This document shows, piece by piece, positions 9,699 through 19,300 of a stretch of 44,118 bases of DNA (within the stretch, counting starts at the first letter, position 1; each line of letters begins with the position of its first letter). The notes under the pieces were generated by a model that did no database searches, was not told where the DNA came from, and worked only from the letters and a program-made list of their open reading frames with translations. Source of the stretch: a virus (taxonomy: Duplodnaviria; Caudoviricetes); IMG/VR virus record IMGVR_UViG_3300030372_001002, positions 1 through 44,118 of that record; one strand, given 5' to 3'. The position numbers were made by a program, and so were the translations under genes.

Positions 9699-9845
9699 CT
9701 ACATCATTTCATATTTGCCAAACTTAAGATCATGATCTCTAGTCTTTATAGTCATATCTATAATTCTTTCCAACTGTCTAACTTTCTTTTCTAAATCTTT
9801 AGTACGCTGATCCTCCTGTTTGGAGGAGTGGTTCTCCTGGTTCAT
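9699..9845 (-). CDS. Hypothetical 48-aa coiled-coil peptide (below the ORF-track cutoff)
   Basis: Manual translation MNQENHSSKQEDQRTKDLEKKVRQLERIIDMTIKTRDHDLKFGKYEMM*. It fills the 100-nt gap before g17, and its TAG runs into the g17 SD (TAGGAGGT). Confidence 0.55.
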   Translation of the reverse strand: MNQENHSSKQEDQRTKDLEKKVRQLERIIDMTIKTRDHDLKFGKYEMM

Positions 9846-10044
9846 AGGTTGAAACTTGGTAATTCCAGAGTTTTGCGCCAGGATACACTTTTACCACTTG
9901 ATCCTGAACTTCTCTGCGTGATGGTTTTTTGATTGAAGGGAAAAACATTTTTAACATGTAGTTCTTGCCTCTCCAAGACAAATAAACGTCAATAACATTT
10001 CCTATTCTAGACCTTAACTTAGTAGCCTCTCTAAAGGAAATCAT
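9799..10044 (-). CDS. Hypothetical 81-aa basic protein
   Basis: Co-oriented ORF with a late-promoter-like TAAATA 26 nt upstream. Confidence 0.75.
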   Translation of the reverse strand: MISFREATKLRSRIGNVIDVYLSWRGKNYMLKMFFPSIKKPSRREVQDQVVKVYPGAKLWNYQVSTYEPGEPLLQTGGSAY

Positions 10045-10069
10045 TATGATAGTACATCATTTACCTTTA

Positions 10070-10077
10070 TATTTAGC
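10070..10077 (-). promoter_or_regulatory. Late promoter variant GCTAAATA overlapping the stop of the 645-aa gene
   Basis: Minus strand reads CGC TAA ATA. Confidence 0.55.
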
Positions 10078-12010
10078 GATCTACTGCGGTTGAGAAGACT
10101 TTGAAGGTAGTAGAAGTAGTAGAAGAAGCATATCCTATAAGTCTTAACTTACCACTACTAATATCTGTATTATATGTTGCTATTCCTGTTGGTTGATTGA
10201 TAGTTCCATATTCTGTCATATATGTATTTGTATCATCATGAATAACATTAATAGTTGTCATATTAAAATTAGAACCTTGAGTTGCCTGTATTTGATAAGT
10301 AGCAGATCTATAAGCAGTAGTAAGTCCAAGAATAACTACTCCACTAGTTGAAGTGACAGTTGTAGAAATTCCTCTTATTTCTCCAATAGATGTATCAAAA
10401 GCAGTAGCAGTTACAACTCCTACAAAACTAGCATTACCACTAGCATCTGCAATCTTACTACCACCAACTTCAATTGTATTTGTAGCAGCATTTATAGTAA
10501 TTCCAGTTCCAACATTTAATTTATTAGCATCACCATCAATAGTAATAGATGAACCACCTACAGTAAGAATACCAACTATTGTGGCATTCCCAAGGATATT
10601 CATATCCTTTCTACCAGTAATAATACCAATAGAATCTAAATTCTTTATATTTTCTTGAGTTGTGATTCCACTTACAACAAGATTCTGTAGTGTAAGATTT
10701 GTTCCTTCACAAAATTCTGCCAATTCAGAGGCAGCACCAACAAGAGCAGTACTAGCAATACCAACCCATCTAGAACCCTCAGACTGATATATTAATAAGT
10801 CATTGTTGGTAGCATCAAAATTAACATCATCAAGGTCTTTGATGAATCCTGCACCACCTCCACCAATGGTATATAACTGTTGCTCAACTCTATTAACAAA
10901 GAGTCTGTAGTTTGCTGCTAAGTCTTGAAGAGTAGCAAACTTCTGATCTGTAGGAGTAAGAGGATCATCTCCTTGTTTCTCAGATGGATCAGGTGCAATA
11001 GGACGATTGTTAACTATCTCCTCACTCAAAGTTTCTTGAGTTCCTTTTATATCTTCTACAATTTTATAAAGTTCTGCAATATTAATGGTATGAGTTTCTG
11101 CTTTGTCACTTAATTTTTTAATATCTTTATCATAGTATTTTACCTCTGGCAAATTAGCAACTTCTTCCTTCAGTCCATTAAAGTAGTTTTTTATTTCTTT
11201 ATTAGCATCTCTATACTTACTATTAGATTCATTAATCTTCTTTTCAATATTTTGTTTTGCTTCATTCAATTTACTCAATACACTCTTCTTCAATAATCTA
11301 TCATCATCTTTAAATTGATTCCTATGCTCATATATTTTAAGAGCAGTTTCTTTTAGTTCCTCATATATTTTATCTTTAGTTTCTTGCAGATACTTCTTTA
11401 CTTCTTTAATCTCAACTTTCTTTTCAAAATCTTTGGTGTCAAAATTTTCTGTTAGATTCTCAATGTCTTGATTGAATGTATCTTTGAGAGTTCTAAGATT
11501 ATCATTGACTTTATCAAAGTCATCATCTATAACACTAAAAGTTTTTCCAATCCAAGAAAAATCAGGAACTTCATTTACCTCATTGACCCACTTAGGAAAT
11601 TTAGGAATATCTGCTCTGACACCATCTATGCTTTCTTTTAAAGATTCTATATCACTTTCATAGTATCTTACTTCTGGAACTTCTGGAATGCTTTCTTTAA
11701 CTTGCTCTATATGAGTAAGGAGTTCTTGCAACTCATTATCATATGATTTTATTTCAGGTATCTCAGGAATACTTTCTTTTACATCATTGACTAGACGTAG
11801 TAACTCAGGCCAAGGAGGAACAATGTCCTTTACTTCTGCAAAAGTTTCTCCATTAGCATCTTCTATGGTTTGTGTTTCTTCCTCTACTTCTATATAACCT
11901 TCTACTGAGGGTAAATCTTCTTCTTCTAATAAGTCAGCAACTGACGGAAGTTCTTCTAAACTCTCTGAAAAGTCGTCAATAGATGGCAAATTTTTATAGT
12001 CGTCAGACAT
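10073..12010 (-). CDS. Putative segmented coiled-coil fibre (fibritin/whisker-like) with a C-terminal beta domain
   Basis: Acidic LPS[IV] repeats, coiled-coil segments separated by PE[IV][KR][SY]Y[DE] linkers, a GGGGAG hinge, fibre-like G/T/V repeats, then an ~80-aa terminal domain also found in the g7-like protein. Confidence 0.7.
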   Translation of the reverse strand: MSDDYKNLPSIDDFSESLEELPSVADLLEEEDLPSVEGYIEVEEETQTIEDANGETFAEVKDIVPPWPELLRLVNDVKESIPEIPEIKSYDNELQELLTHIEQVKESIPEVPEVRYYESDIESLKESIDGVRADIPKFPKWVNEVNEVPDFSWIGKTFSVIDDDFDKVNDNLRTLKDTFNQDIENLTENFDTKDFEKKVEIKEVKKYLQETKDKIYEELKETALKIYEHRNQFKDDDRLLKKSVLSKLNEAKQNIEKKINESNSKYRDANKEIKNYFNGLKEEVANLPEVKYYDKDIKKLSDKAETHTINIAELYKIVEDIKGTQETLSEEIVNNRPIAPDPSEKQGDDPLTPTDQKFATLQDLAANYRLFVNRVEQQLYTIGGGGAGFIKDLDDVNFDATNNDLLIYQSEGSRWVGIASTALVGAASELAEFCEGTNLTLQNLVVSGITTQENIKNLDSIGIITGRKDMNILGNATIVGILTVGGSSITIDGDANKLNVGTGITINAATNTIEVGGSKIADASGNASFVGVVTATAFDTSIGEIRGISTTVTSTSGVVILGLTTAYRSATYQIQATQGSNFNMTTINVIHDDTNTYMTEYGTINQPTGIATYNTDISSGKLRLIGYASSTTSTTFKVFSTAVDR

Positions 12011-12052
12011 GTTATGAGTATCTTAGTACTTTGGGATTTCTCTCCCTATGTT

Positions 12053-12478
12053 TTATTTAGAATCTTTTGGAATGCTATTCTTTAATAATTTTTGCAATTC
12101 TGCAGTTGATCCAACAAATAAAGCATTGTTGACAGTGTTGGGACCTTTAGATACTTTATCTTCTTCTACATCTTTTAATTTCTTTTGCAAATCCATAAGT
12201 TTGTCAGTAGCATCAGATACACTCTTAATTAACTGACCAGCAACTTCATATGCTCTAGGCATTTCACTATCCTGAGCTAACTCAAGAATACCATCAATTG
12301 CCTCTTGCCCCTTTTCTATTATACTGTATAGATTACCTCTTGTATATTCATAATCTCTTTCTATATCTGACCTTTCATGCTTCTCAGGTTTAGTAATTCC
12401 AACTTCAGTAGTTTCAGTAGAGACTACTTCCCCAGTGACATTAAATGCATCATTTAATTTGTCAAAGTTTTTAGTCAT
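12053..12478 (-). CDS. g16: Terminase small subunit gp16
   Basis: DYEYTRGNLYSIIEKGQEAIDG, PRAYEVAGQLIK, NNALFVGSTAELQK motifs; TAATG-coupled to g15. Confidence 0.95.
   Translation of the reverse strand: MTKNFDKLNDAFNVTGEVVSTETTEVGITKPEKHERSDIERDYEYTRGNLYSIIEKGQEAIDGILELAQDSEMPRAYEVAGQLIKSVSDATDKLMDLQKKLKDVEEDKVSKGPNTVNNALFVGSTAELQKLLKNSIPKDSK
12054..12061 (-). promoter_or_regulatory. Late promoter variant TCTAAATA in the last codons of g16
   Basis: Minus strand reads TCT AAA TAA; 44 nt upstream of the 645-aa ATG. Confidence 0.6.
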
Positions 12479-13479
12479 TAGATGGTTCCATCAAATCCAA
12501 AGTCATCACCAAATTCTATGGCACTATTATCACTAGCAGTGATAACTTTAATTTCTGCACCAAGAACATGAGATGCTGCAGTGCTGTTGTCTTGTGCTCT
12601 CTTGACAGTTAGTGTTGTGCCAGAGATAGACTCTACAAACATCTCCTCTTGATCTATGTATATGTAATTAGTTTTCTGTATGCCATCTACACTATTAACA
12701 CTAAAGATTGCCACTTTATCATCTATGTTCTCACTTAGGTTTGTAGTGACTGTATCTCCATACGCTTTAGTGGCTCTAGGTACAACACTATAAGTAACCT
12801 CCCTAACTGGGGTTGTAGTTTTGGAACCAGCAACATATCCAATAGATGCCTTTTTGATAATATCTTTGGATACATCTGTGTTGACTGGACCAAAGAAATA
12901 TGTCTTGGCAGTAAATCTCATAGTATAGATTAATGCTCTTCTAGTGGAGAAATCACTCTCATAATCATCACTAGTAGTAATTGAATTTAAAACAATGGGA
13001 ATATCTCTCTTCTCTCCAATAGTATCAATTAAGTCTACTGATACAGTGTAAGCAGGTTGAAAATATGGAAGTATCTGCTCTACTATCTGAAGCATATCAT
13101 CATTTAACTTAGTAAAAATACTAAGTTCAAAATCTAAGTTATATGGTACAGGAAGATATGTTTTTGCTATTGTACTTTTATCTCCCTTTACACCTTTTAA
13201 AAATGTTTGTGTGGTTGTAGATTTTCTAGATGGATCATAATTCAGACCATTCATTTCAAAGGACATTCTAGGCAAACTGATCTGAACAGGTCTGTTTAGA
13301 TCTGGAACTTGCTCCAATCTTGCTAAAAATTTCTGAGTAGGACCATATGCTAGAGGCACTTTAGTGGTGCTAACAACAGAGTCATCGCTACTAGTATGTT
13401 GTATATTTACGTTGTTAAAGATAGAACCAAATGATATAATGGTTCTTCTCATTATTTCGTGATAAAAATACTCAAACAT
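12478..13479 (-). CDS. g15: Tail sheath stabiliser / tail terminator gp15 with an extra C-terminal domain
   Basis: YFYHEIMRRTIISFGSIFN, KVPLAYGP.QKF, LPRMSFEM, QIVEQILPYFQP motifs. Confidence 0.96.
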   Translation of the reverse strand: MFEYFYHEIMRRTIISFGSIFNNVNIQHTSSDDSVVSTTKVPLAYGPTQKFLARLEQVPDLNRPVQISLPRMSFEMNGLNYDPSRKSTTTQTFLKGVKGDKSTIAKTYLPVPYNLDFELSIFTKLNDDMLQIVEQILPYFQPAYTVSVDLIDTIGEKRDIPIVLNSITTSDDYESDFSTRRALIYTMRFTAKTYFFGPVNTDVSKDIIKKASIGYVAGSKTTTPVREVTYSVVPRATKAYGDTVTTNLSENIDDKVAIFSVNSVDGIQKTNYIYIDQEEMFVESISGTTLTVKRAQDNSTAASHVLGAEIKVITASDNSAIEFGDDFGFDGTI

Positions 13480-13500
13480 TTTTATAATCCTTTTATATTG

Positions 13501-13508
13501 TATTTATG
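13501..13508 (-). promoter_or_regulatory. Late promoter CATAAATA overlapping the g14 stop
   Basis: Minus strand reads CCA TAA ATA; about 22 nt upstream of g15. Confidence 0.7.
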
Positions 13509-14892
13509 GCATTCCAAATGGATTAGACTCTGTAAAGTCTAAGATGTCATCTGCAGCACTTTGTATTGGCGTATTCTCTGCAAATCCATCATCATCATTT
13601 GTAGCAGCAACTATTTGATACTCATAAGTAGCACCTGATGTACCACCTGTGATAACTTCTCCAACTGTAAATTCACCACTTGTGATAGAAACTTTAAGTT
13701 CTCTAGTAGATGCATCCCATGATTTGACTCTAGCAGTTGTGCTACTTGCAGCACCAGTTACAACTTCATTGAATATGTAATTTCCAGAACCACCTGTAAA
13801 TGGTGAAGTAACTGTTGCAGTAGGAGCACTAGTATATCCAGAACCACCATTAGTAATTCCAATCTGAGTAACAATACCAACTGTGTTACCACTACCTACA
13901 TACGCAATTGCAGTTGCTGTTGTTCCTGATCCTGGTGCTGATGAGAAAGTAATTGTTGGTGCAGTAGAATATCCACTACCACCAGTAAATGTAACAACTC
14001 CTAGTGTGCCATCACTGATTGTAGCAGTAGCAGCAAAACCTGCTCCTCCACCACCCACAACAACTACGCTTGGAGCAACTGTATATCCAGAGCCTGGATT
14101 GATGATATCAATTCTTTGTATTTTAGAAGATTTAACTCCATCATAATCAACTATGTCATCTGTCATAGATGCTATACCAATAGCAGTGATTCCTCCTGCA
14201 GGTGCAGATGAGATTGCCACTCTTGGGAGACTAGTATAATCCTCTCCTCTGTTAGATATAGTAACAAAAGATATTCCACCATCCACTATGCCAGTTGTAA
14301 GCACTGCAGGTGTTCCTGATGCCACTAGAGTAAGTGTCTCAATGTAACCTGCTTTTTCTAGGTTATCATCAATATCACCCACTCCTGTATCAACCACCTC
14401 ATCCTCATATCTGTAAAGCTCACATCTAAGTTCATATACATAATTCTTCTTTAACTGGTAGAATGGTTTTTCATGTTCTACAAATTTAATTTCAAACAAT
14501 CTATCTCCTAGTGGGAAATATACAAGATCTCCCTCTTTTGGTCTAGTTGCTAATTCTATATTTGGTATATTTTTGATTAGTGGCGTAATATAATTTTCAA
14601 ATCTATCTCTTGAGATAACCAAGGTTAAATCATCAAGTGCCTGAACACCAAACTTAGATAGAAGAGAACCTTGTCCTTCATAACCATCAAAGGTATCTAC
14701 ATATGCTTCAAGTGGTATTGCTTCTTCAAATTTAGATTCTATGACCTCCTGTATTACAGTGTTTTTAGTAATGTATGTTCTAGGAATGTAGTAAATCTCC
14801 ACTCCATACATTTTAATCTGTTCATTTATTAAACTTTGAACTAGATTTTGTTCACCAGAAGACCCTTGTAGAAAGAAAGGATTGAGTGCCAT
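13504..14892 (-). CDS. g14: Neck protein gp14 (head closure), extended by Gly-rich repeats
   Basis: INEQIKMYG.EIYYIPR, RPKEGDLVYFP, FEIKFVEHEKPFYQL, C-terminal DFTESNPFG; internal G[SE][GD]Y[TS]..P repeats. Confidence 0.95.
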   Translation of the reverse strand: MALNPFFLQGSSGEQNLVQSLINEQIKMYGVEIYYIPRTYITKNTVIQEVIESKFEEAIPLEAYVDTFDGYEGQGSLLSKFGVQALDDLTLVISRDRFENYITPLIKNIPNIELATRPKEGDLVYFPLGDRLFEIKFVEHEKPFYQLKKNYVYELRCELYRYEDEVVDTGVGDIDDNLEKAGYIETLTLVASGTPAVLTTGIVDGGISFVTISNRGEDYTSLPRVAISSAPAGGITAIGIASMTDDIVDYDGVKSSKIQRIDIINPGSGYTVAPSVVVVGGGGAGFAATATISDGTLGVVTFTGGSGYSTAPTITFSSAPGSGTTATAIAYVGSGNTVGIVTQIGITNGGSGYTSAPTATVTSPFTGGSGNYIFNEVVTGAASSTTARVKSWDASTRELKVSITSGEFTVGEVITGGTSGATYEYQIVAATNDDDGFAENTPIQSAADDILDFTESNPFGMP

Positions 14893-14896
14893 ATTA

Positions 14897-15730
14897 TTAA
14901 CCTATCATATCTAGTGGAGGAAGTTCATAAGTATTAGACATCATCTCTCTTATCTTATCTAAGTCTTTTTCAGCATCTTCATATATCTCTCTCCCATTTA
15001 ATTCTACTCCACCTGGCAACTTAACTCCCTGAAACTTCATGAGATTTTGCCCCCACTGTCTCTTGATAAGTGCAGTAGCATATGGTTTTAAGAATGAATC
15101 ATTATAGACTCTAGGATATGAATCTGGATCTAGAAGTGTAAAACAATCAATCACTAGATGATCATCAACAGATAAACTACCCCAGTCAAGGTCTAAGTAT
15201 AATCTATCTTGTCTCTTATTAAATCTTATCTGCTTCTCTGTGGTAAGTAAAAAATTAATATCTTCCAAATAAGTTTTTACCATAGCGTATGAAAGAAGTT
15301 CAGTAGCACCCCAATAATATATGTCATTCAAAAACAACTGATACTTCACACTAAACATATTGTTAGTGATGGTGTTACTTCCATCAAAGTGAAAAATTTT
15401 AGTTACTCCTAATACTTCTGGAGGAATAGGAAGGAAGTTGCTATTCTCAGTATATCCAAATTGAGTTGTTACTCCTACTGTAGTATTAACTGTGGTAGTT
15501 GTTATACCTGCACCACCAGTTGCCTTTCCTCTATCAATATCTTCTTGTGTTATCTTATACTTTAAATAGGTTTGATATACACCATCAAAGTGTCTCTCTT
15601 GAAAGTATTGAATAGCATCATCTATCAGATCATCTATTTGCTCATCAGCAACATTTATTTCTAGAACAGGCGCACCAAGTTTTCTTTTGCAGTAATCAAT
15701 GAGCTCTGATCTAGTGGAAGGTTGCGCCAT
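14897..15730 (-). CDS. g13: Neck protein gp13 (adaptor)
   Basis: YCKRKLGAPVLEINVADEQIDD, YFQERHFDG, KRQWGQNL.KF.GV.LPGGVELNG motifs. Confidence 0.97.
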   Translation of the reverse strand: MAQPSTRSELIDYCKRKLGAPVLEINVADEQIDDLIDDAIQYFQERHFDGVYQTYLKYKITQEDIDRGKATGGAGITTTTVNTTVGVTTQFGYTENSNFLPIPPEVLGVTKIFHFDGSNTITNNMFSVKYQLFLNDIYYWGATELLSYAMVKTYLEDINFLLTTEKQIRFNKRQDRLYLDLDWGSLSVDDHLVIDCFTLLDPDSYPRVYNDSFLKPYATALIKRQWGQNLMKFQGVKLPGGVELNGREIYEDAEKDLDKIREMMSNTYELPPLDMIG

Positions 15731-15754
15731 CTATCTACTTTACTATTATAAGTT

Positions 15755-15762
15755 TATTTATG
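15755..15762 (-). promoter_or_regulatory. Late promoter CATAAATA upstream of g13
   Basis: Overlaps the stop of the 128-aa gene (CCA TAA ATA). Confidence 0.7.
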
Positions 15763-16144
15763 GTGCTGATGAAATACCAGATATTACTAATACATCTCCT
15801 GACACTATTCTAAAAATTGATGATCCAGATCCAACCAATACATCATATACATACCTACCTTCTTTTAAATTTCTAGTAGCAGTAGATCCTAATGACAATC
15901 TAAACTCCCCACCCTTGGCACTGGTGAATCCAACATTGAATGTTGCTTGAGCACCTAGTGTAGCACCAATAGCAACACTCTTTGCAAGTTGAGCAGAACC
16001 AGTATATCCAGTAAAATCAAAAGCAGTTCCTGAAGTTCCAACTACAGTATAGTCAGCATCCAAGTCTGCTCCTGTATTGATGGTGAGATTTACACCATAT
16101 GCAACACCTGAACTAGGATCAAAAGTAAAAGTGTTTTTAGCCAT
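15758..16144 (-). CDS. Small beta-sandwich virion structural protein
   Basis: 128 aa with FDFTGYTGSAQL and GRYVYDVLV...RIVSG patterns typical of Ig-like/BppU-like phage domains. Confidence 0.75.
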   Translation of the reverse strand: MAKNTFTFDPSSGVAYGVNLTINTGADLDADYTVVGTSGTAFDFTGYTGSAQLAKSVAIGATLGAQATFNVGFTSAKGGEFRLSLGSTATRNLKEGRYVYDVLVGSGSSIFRIVSGDVLVISGISSAP

Positions 16145-16358
16145 TAGATAATGCTCTTAGTAAATTTTTGATTTCATTTATATCATCCTTTAAATTTTTC
16201 AAATCACTCTCCATATTATCTATTCTATCTTCTCCTTGTTGCCTTTGGGCACGTCTTTTGAGATAGTTGTCATACTGAGATGAATCATTATTTAAAATAG
16301 CTCTGGTGCTATTGTCACGAATCAAATCAGTATGTCCTTTTACATTTGAGTATTTCAT
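16137..16358 (-). CDS. Hypothetical 73-aa coiled-coil protein
   Basis: Start moved to the ATG at 16358 (MKYSNVKGH...), just after the VrlC-like stop; heptad-rich C-terminus. Confidence 0.8.
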   Translation of the reverse strand: MKYSNVKGHTDLIRDNSTRAILNNDSSQYDNYLKRRAQRQQGEDRIDNMESDLKNLKDDINEIKNLLRALSNG

Positions 16359-16359
16359 A

Positions 16360-19300
16360 TTATGCAAGTGCAAGAACTCTTAAGTTTCTCATTCTAGGTG
16401 GTTGAGCTTGGTTAGTACCAGTTCCAACTAACTTAATACTAAAGTTTCTAAATGTTGGTAGATTATCAATTGTAAATTCATAATCATTATAGACAACCTG
16501 ATTAGATGTATATGCTATCACATCAGTTTTTGGAACTAATTTATCAGGTAAACCATTACTCTTATATGGATCTATCACCTGTCCAGTGTTGAACAAATTA
16601 TTAAATCCAGGGAATGGTTGATAAATCAAATCACCATTAGGATCATCAGTTATAGCATAGAATGCTCTAATGTCACTAGTCACATTAATATGTGCTTCTA
16701 AATGAATTTTAATAGAAGTTGCTCCATTTTCCAAGGTGATTGGTTTAGTAGCATATACAAAAGAGTTAGGATCATCTAATAAATTATTAATCCTATTGTC
16801 AGTAATGTAATTTGTAATAGGTTGATTTATTCTATTAGATGTAAGAATAACAGCAACTCTATCTAAATCAACTATGGGTGATACAAAAGGAGATCCACTC
16901 TCAAGAGATAAATTCATTGTGAATGATCTATTATCTGGCAAATCAGATAATAAAGTTGTTTCATTAATTCTAGAAGCTATGATTCTAGGACTAGACATAT
17001 AATTGTTTGTTGCTAAACTAATATCTTCAAAACCTTGATCTATAAATGAAGACTCTGATCCATTAACACTAGATCCACTAACAGTTCTTATTTGAGAAGT
17101 TACATTAGTTGTAGTTGGTGTAATATTTTGAACAATGGGTCTTACAATTTCAAATGGCATATTCTCACTGGAGAGAGAATTTTCTCCTCCTGTTGATTTA
17201 GTGTCATTGAAGTGTAATATTGGAAGACTAGTTCCTACTGATCTATTCACACCATTAGTTGACATATCAACTTTAATATTGTAATGATCTAATCCTATTG
17301 GATCTGATACAGTAACACTTGATAAGTTATGATTTGTGTTAATCCTCCTTAAAGATACACCATTCAATTCATACTTATGAACTAAGTCTCCACTAGCATG
17401 TGTTAGAGTTTGACTAGAATCCACTCCCCTAGTAACACCAGTTAGTGTATTGCCAGATACTCCACTATATGAAAGAATCTCACTTCCAACTTTGACAAAT
17501 CCAAGATTGGTAGATCCAACACCTACATTTTCAAATTGTGCAAAGTTTGTGCCATCATTCACCACAAGAGATCCTGTGGAAGTTGAATCATATCCTGTAG
17601 CCAATTCAGTTGCAGGAACATCAGTCTTAATATTTTCAAGAGTCACTGTATTTTGAGTAGAGTGCATTCCATGATTTTTTTGATTGACTTTAATATGTAC
17701 ACCATCAGTAACTGTTTCTGGTGTTGCTGATAGGAATACATTTCCACCAGCACTAAAGTTAAGAGTTGTTGTTACACCAGAACTATTAATGTACTGGAAT
17801 GTTTTTCCTACTCCAGTAGCAAATTCTCCCTGAACATTATCAAGAACAAATTCATTAGTTCCAGTCAATGTGGTTATTGAGAATTGAATGCCACTTCCAA
17901 GAGAATTAATTCCAACAGATGATATACCAACAACATCACCTAGTGAGTATCCAATACCACCACTAGCAATGGTTGCAGCCACTGCCACACCATTACTGAT
18001 GGTTATATTAGCAGTACCATTTTTACCTGTTCCAGTGATTGCATTAAGATTGACATTGGAATAAACTTGACTTCCTGATGAAGGTGTATATCCAAATCCA
18101 GCATTTGTAATTGTTAAATTACCAGTTGCTGTGCCAGCAGCACCAACATAATTTCCAGTAGCATTGCTACCTAATTGTAGAACTGTGTTACCTAAATTTA
18201 ATCCAGTATCAGATATTGTAGTGTTAAATCCAATTCTTATTTTATTAGAAGAAATTTGTAAAGAGTCTTTACGTAATGGATGAATATCATCAGAGGCTGG
18301 AAGTAAAGATGGATTATGGAAATTTATATTTCCAGTTTTCTTATTAAACTGTGCTCTCCAAAGATTAAATTTCAAATCTTCAAACTGACTTGGGTTCCAT
18401 GTTTGTCCATTTTGAGACTTAAATAGTGAACCAAGAGTTGGTTGAGAAGACACTTGTACTTGCTCAGCTTCTGGATTGTTAACTGTTTGAATATCAATCT
18501 CACCCATTCTTGATATCCAAGCATGATAATTAGGACTTACTGACATCAACACTATGCAATAAGTTTCACCTGGTGATAGATAAACTGGAGATGGGAATAC
18601 AACACTTGTTGGTATGCTTGCATTATCAGAAGTGTTTACATATCCAGGTTGAAGAACAACCTCACCAAAAGGTATTACCTCTTCAGTAGGAATACCAAGT
18701 TTGACTGTTCTTAACTGAACTATCAAAGGTAGTGTTTCATCTTTAGAGGCAATGAATATATCTGCTTGAGTAATGAATACTCCATGAGTATTTTCAACAA
18801 AGAATGATTGTGCTAGAGGATCAGTTTTGTTTTCACAAACCCAATAAGCATCCTCACCATAAGTATCAAAAGTATTGGTATATGTACCAGCAGCTTTGTC
18901 CTGACCCTCTTGAGAAACTCCAAATTGTTTTGCAAGATAATTTGTAATTGTATTAGCAGCAGATATTCCAGCTAAATTACCTGCACCCTCACTATTTTCT
19001 ACACTTCCTATGACAGCAAAAGCAGCTGCAGTTTCTGGGTTATTTTGAATATCTTCTTTCCAATAATCATAACCAGGACCATCAGGTTGTCTACCTAAAA
19101 GATCTAGATATGCTTGTTCAATAATATCAGGATCATCCTCTTGAGCAACAGCTCTCATTGTTCCACTTGAGTGAACACTACCTTGCTCTTCAACCCAATC
19201 AGTATCTCTGAATGTATTAAAATCACCAACTAATAAATTTTGATCTTCAATAGTCTGTGCATTAATTACAGTATCTGTACCATACTCATTAGCAACAACA

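Noticed and set aside
12011-12050. Small hairpins (GGGA-GAGAAA-UCCC; AGUA-CUAAGA-UACU) in the 645-aa gene leader
   Set aside because: Only 4-bp stems; cannot be told from chance without covariation data.
9690-12052. Auxiliary metabolic genes (petE, speD, zwf, gnd, etc.) expected in the g16-g17 variable region
   Set aside because: None of the ORFs here carries motifs of those families.
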